A stretch of DNA of 38,672 nt from Trichomonas gallinae (lineage: Eukaryota), in assembly GCA_008369845.1 (NCBI GenBank), contig MRSU01004520.1, positions 1-38,672 of the forward strand. The letters run 5' to 3'. Positions 36,245-38,672 of this stretch are shown in pieces (the stretch's first letter is position 1; each line of letters opens with the position of its first letter). Position numbers and translations under genes: made by a program. The notes under the pieces are model-generated. The model was not told where the DNA came from and did not search any database. It was given only the letters and a program-made list of their open reading frames with translations.

Positions 36245-38494
36245 TTAAAAGCCTTGTGGCATCTTTGATAAGAAGGAGTTGAATATTACTTGATTGCGTG
36301 CATCATCATTCAATCCTCTAGAAAGAGACTTCACGAGCTTGAAATCCTCTGTGAAAGCGAATCCAGCAAGTAGGTCTAAGCATGTAATTACTGCGTAAAG
36401 AGAAGACTGAGAATCCTCGTTGTTCGCATACTTAACTAATTCTTTCACGAACTCGCCGCTAACAAGCATTGACGCGATGTTTGAATCTATATTCGCATTA
36501 GCGATCATTTGAATAATCGTCGAAATCGAGGTCAGTCTTCTGTCTTTCAGGACTCTAATGAAGAGCTCATCTATGCCTTTCTTGGCGCATATTTGGTGCG
36601 AGTATCCATGCTTTTCAGAAAGAACGCTCAAAATGTGAAGGGCTCCAATAGAATCGAATTTTTCAGAAAGCATCGTGTCAAGTTTTGCGATGGCTTCTTT
36701 CGCTGTTTCTGGGTTTAAGCAGCAATTAGCAATAGCGAGAATAGCACTGTACTTGTTGATGCACAAGTTGAAGAGCATTGATAAGACCTGATGAGATAAT
36801 AAAGTGTTCTTTGTCTCTCTGAGATATAAAAGAACTGATTTCATTGTCTGTGGATTTTCCAAATGTTTGAGGAGCATTGATTCGTTGGGAATAACATCAT
36901 CTGTAACATGAAGGCAGCTGTAGATTGCGTTGATCTTCCTGATATCATCGGACTGCAGCATCTGGTTTAAAACATTCAGATAACTCTCCTTCTCAGCTGT
37001 ATTGGAATTGAACAAAGCTGACAAACTCGCCAAAGTCTTTGAGCTGTCGTTCTTGTCAAGCATTGATGGAATTGACTGGAGAAGTAGTTTGATGACCTCT
37101 GCCTTGTCTTTGGCCTGTTTTTCAGCTAGAAGAATGAAAGAGAAAACTTGGACAATCTTCGATGAAAAAAGTGGGTTTCTTCCGATGATAAGTCTCAGCT
37201 GGTCAACTGATATCAAATCAGGATTAGATGGGATAACATATTCACATAATAGCGCGAAGCTGTTAAACACCTCCGGTTCTGAACATGGAATATGAGACAA
37301 AATATCAACAGTTATAAACTCAAATACTGCTTTGTTGTCTCTCGCGCAAATTTGAGCACAAGTGTTGATGAGTTTCGCTATAACTGAGAAAGGTGGATTC
37401 TTCAGGAGCACAGAATGAACTTTAGTGAAGAACAATTTGTATTTGTCCGGAGTAATGGTTGTTACGATCGAAGCAAGTGTTCCTTCGAAACTTTCTCTTT
37501 TATATTTCCTTACAAGCTCGATTAAGTCATCAATTGAGTTTTCTGATTGTGAGGATTTCTCGATTATCTGTGGCATACGCTCTCTCTTCTCATTTTCGAT
37601 TTCTTTGTCGATTACTTTGAGGAATGCAGAAAACAATTCTTCATCTGTTCCAGCAAACATAACTTTCTTCTCATAAAACAGCTTGAATATCTGTTCAAAT
37701 GTTGGACGTTCGTTTGGTGTTTGATTCCAGCAGATTTTAATCAAATCATTTAATGCTGGAGGAACGCTCTTAGGCATTGGCGGTCTTTCTCCCATCCTTG
37801 TGACTTCTGTCATGATTTGCATTGGATTTTTGCCTTTGAATGGTGTTTGTTCCGTTAATAATTCCCAAAGAAGAATTGCAAAAGCATAAACATCGACTTT
37901 GTTGTTATAATCCTTAGATTCGAATAGTTCTGGAGCCATCCAGTGAGGAGTTCCGATTTGGTTTGTTTGTACAGCTTCTTCATTCTTAAAACGAGAAATT
38001 CCAAAATCGCAGATCTTAGGATAAAGATTTTGATCTAAAAGTATATTTAAAGACTTAAGATCTCTGTGCAAGATTCCTAGCTTGTGTAAGCACAGCATTC
38101 CGTAAGCAATTCCTGTAGCAATGATAGTTTTATTTGTTGGTGTCAATGTTGGAGCTCCAGATTTGTGGTGAAGTGCATCAAATAGGGAACCGTTTTCAAT
38201 GTAGTCTGTTACGATGATATATGGATGTGTTGTTGAGAATCCATTTAAATGTAACAAAAATAATGAATTGCATTTAGCCAAAATCCTTGTTTCACGACAG
38301 TAGAGCTTTAACTGACGTCCTTCAAGCTTTGTAAGGAATAATTCTTTAATTGCGACTTTTTTACCTGTTTTTTGATCGATAGCGATGTCAACTTTGCCGT
38401 ATCCACCCTTTCCTATGTTTTTCGTCTTTGTGTAGTCTTCGATTTTAATTATAAATCTGGATAATTCATGCTCGAGAAGCTCGAAGTTATCCAT
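36245..38494 (-). CDS. TKL-family protein kinase with a C-terminal ARM/HEAT-like helical region
   Basis: GKGGYGKV, VAIKE, HRDLKSLN, DFG, GTPHWMAPE, DVYAFA and CW....RPTF, followed by a ~430-aa Leu/Ile-rich helical tail. Confidence 0.95.
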   Translation of the reverse strand: MDNFELLEHELSRFIIKIEDYTKTKNIGKGGYGKVDIAIDQKTGKKVAIKELFLTKLEGRQLKLYCRETRILAKCNSLFLLHLNGFSTTHPYIIVTDYIENGSLFDALHHKSGAPTLTPTNKTIIATGIAYGMLCLHKLGILHRDLKSLNILLDQNLYPKICDFGISRFKNEEAVQTNQIGTPHWMAPELFESKDYNNKVDVYAFAILLWELLTEQTPFKGKNPMQIMTEVTRMGERPPMPKSVPPALNDLIKICWNQTPNERPTFEQIFKLFYEKKVMFAGTDEELFSAFLKVIDKEIENEKRERMPQIIEKSSQSENSIDDLIELVRKYKRESFEGTLASIVTTITPDKYKLFFTKVHSVLLKNPPFSVIAKLINTCAQICARDNKAVFEFITVDILSHIPCSEPEVFNSFALLCEYVIPSNPDLISVDQLRLIIGRNPLFSSKIVQVFSFILLAEKQAKDKAEVIKLLLQSIPSMLDKNDSSKTLASLSALFNSNTAEKESYLNVLNQMLQSDDIRKINAIYSCLHVTDDVIPNESMLLKHLENPQTMKSVLLYLRETKNTLLSHQVLSMLFNLCINKYSAILAIANCCLNPETAKEAIAKLDTMLSEKFDSIGALHILSVLSEKHGYSHQICAKKGIDELFIRVLKDRRLTSISTIIQMIANANIDSNIASMLVSGEFVKELVKYANNEDSQSSLYAVITCLDLLAGFAFTEDFKLVKSLSRGLNDDARNQVIFNSFLSKMPQGF

Positions 38495-38672
38495 TAAGTA
38501 CGTTTAGAAATTTTATTTTGCTTTCACGCCCGTATATTTATTTTTGAATTTTTGACATGTAAATGATTGATGTCAAATTCTGGTATGTAAATATAAAGGT
38601 TGTCCGGCAGAAAAATTCAACTAAAAATTCTGTAAATTAATAATATAGAATGAGCACATAGTGACCATTAAA

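Overview
Gene-dense, AT-rich eukaryotic DNA with single-ORF genes and no confirmed intron. It is most likely a parabasalid (Trichomonas vaginalis or a close relative). This is an inference from the Fe-SOD, PEPCK and uS15/RPS13 sequences, a GP63-like protease, TKL kinases, ankyrin and Pmp-like remnants, and trichomonad-type promoter and TAAA signals. About 21 protein-coding genes are supported: PEPCK (3' end), Fe-SOD, GP63-like protease, probable Med23, an atypical DHHC protein, a nucleoplasmin-like protein, dynein roadblock light chain, a reticulon-like protein, a short ORC3, a TPT-family transporter, a pseudokinase-ankyrin protein, two TKL kinases, Vps8, a Tom36/Tom46-like tail-anchored protein, RPS13 and several orphans. 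Three pseudogene remnants are also present. The most notable unexplained signals are: (i) an 11-bp motif, TTTACATG(A/T/G)CA, with about 25 copies in 5'-intergenic regions and none seen in convergent 3'-3' gaps, often inside locally duplicated 50-290 bp promoter units; (ii) an active TKL kinase whose N-terminus resembles the MLKL four-helix bundle and brace; (iii) a run of three hairpins ending in T8 between two copies of a duplicated core promoter. All family assignments come from motif recognition by eye and from memory; no searches were run.
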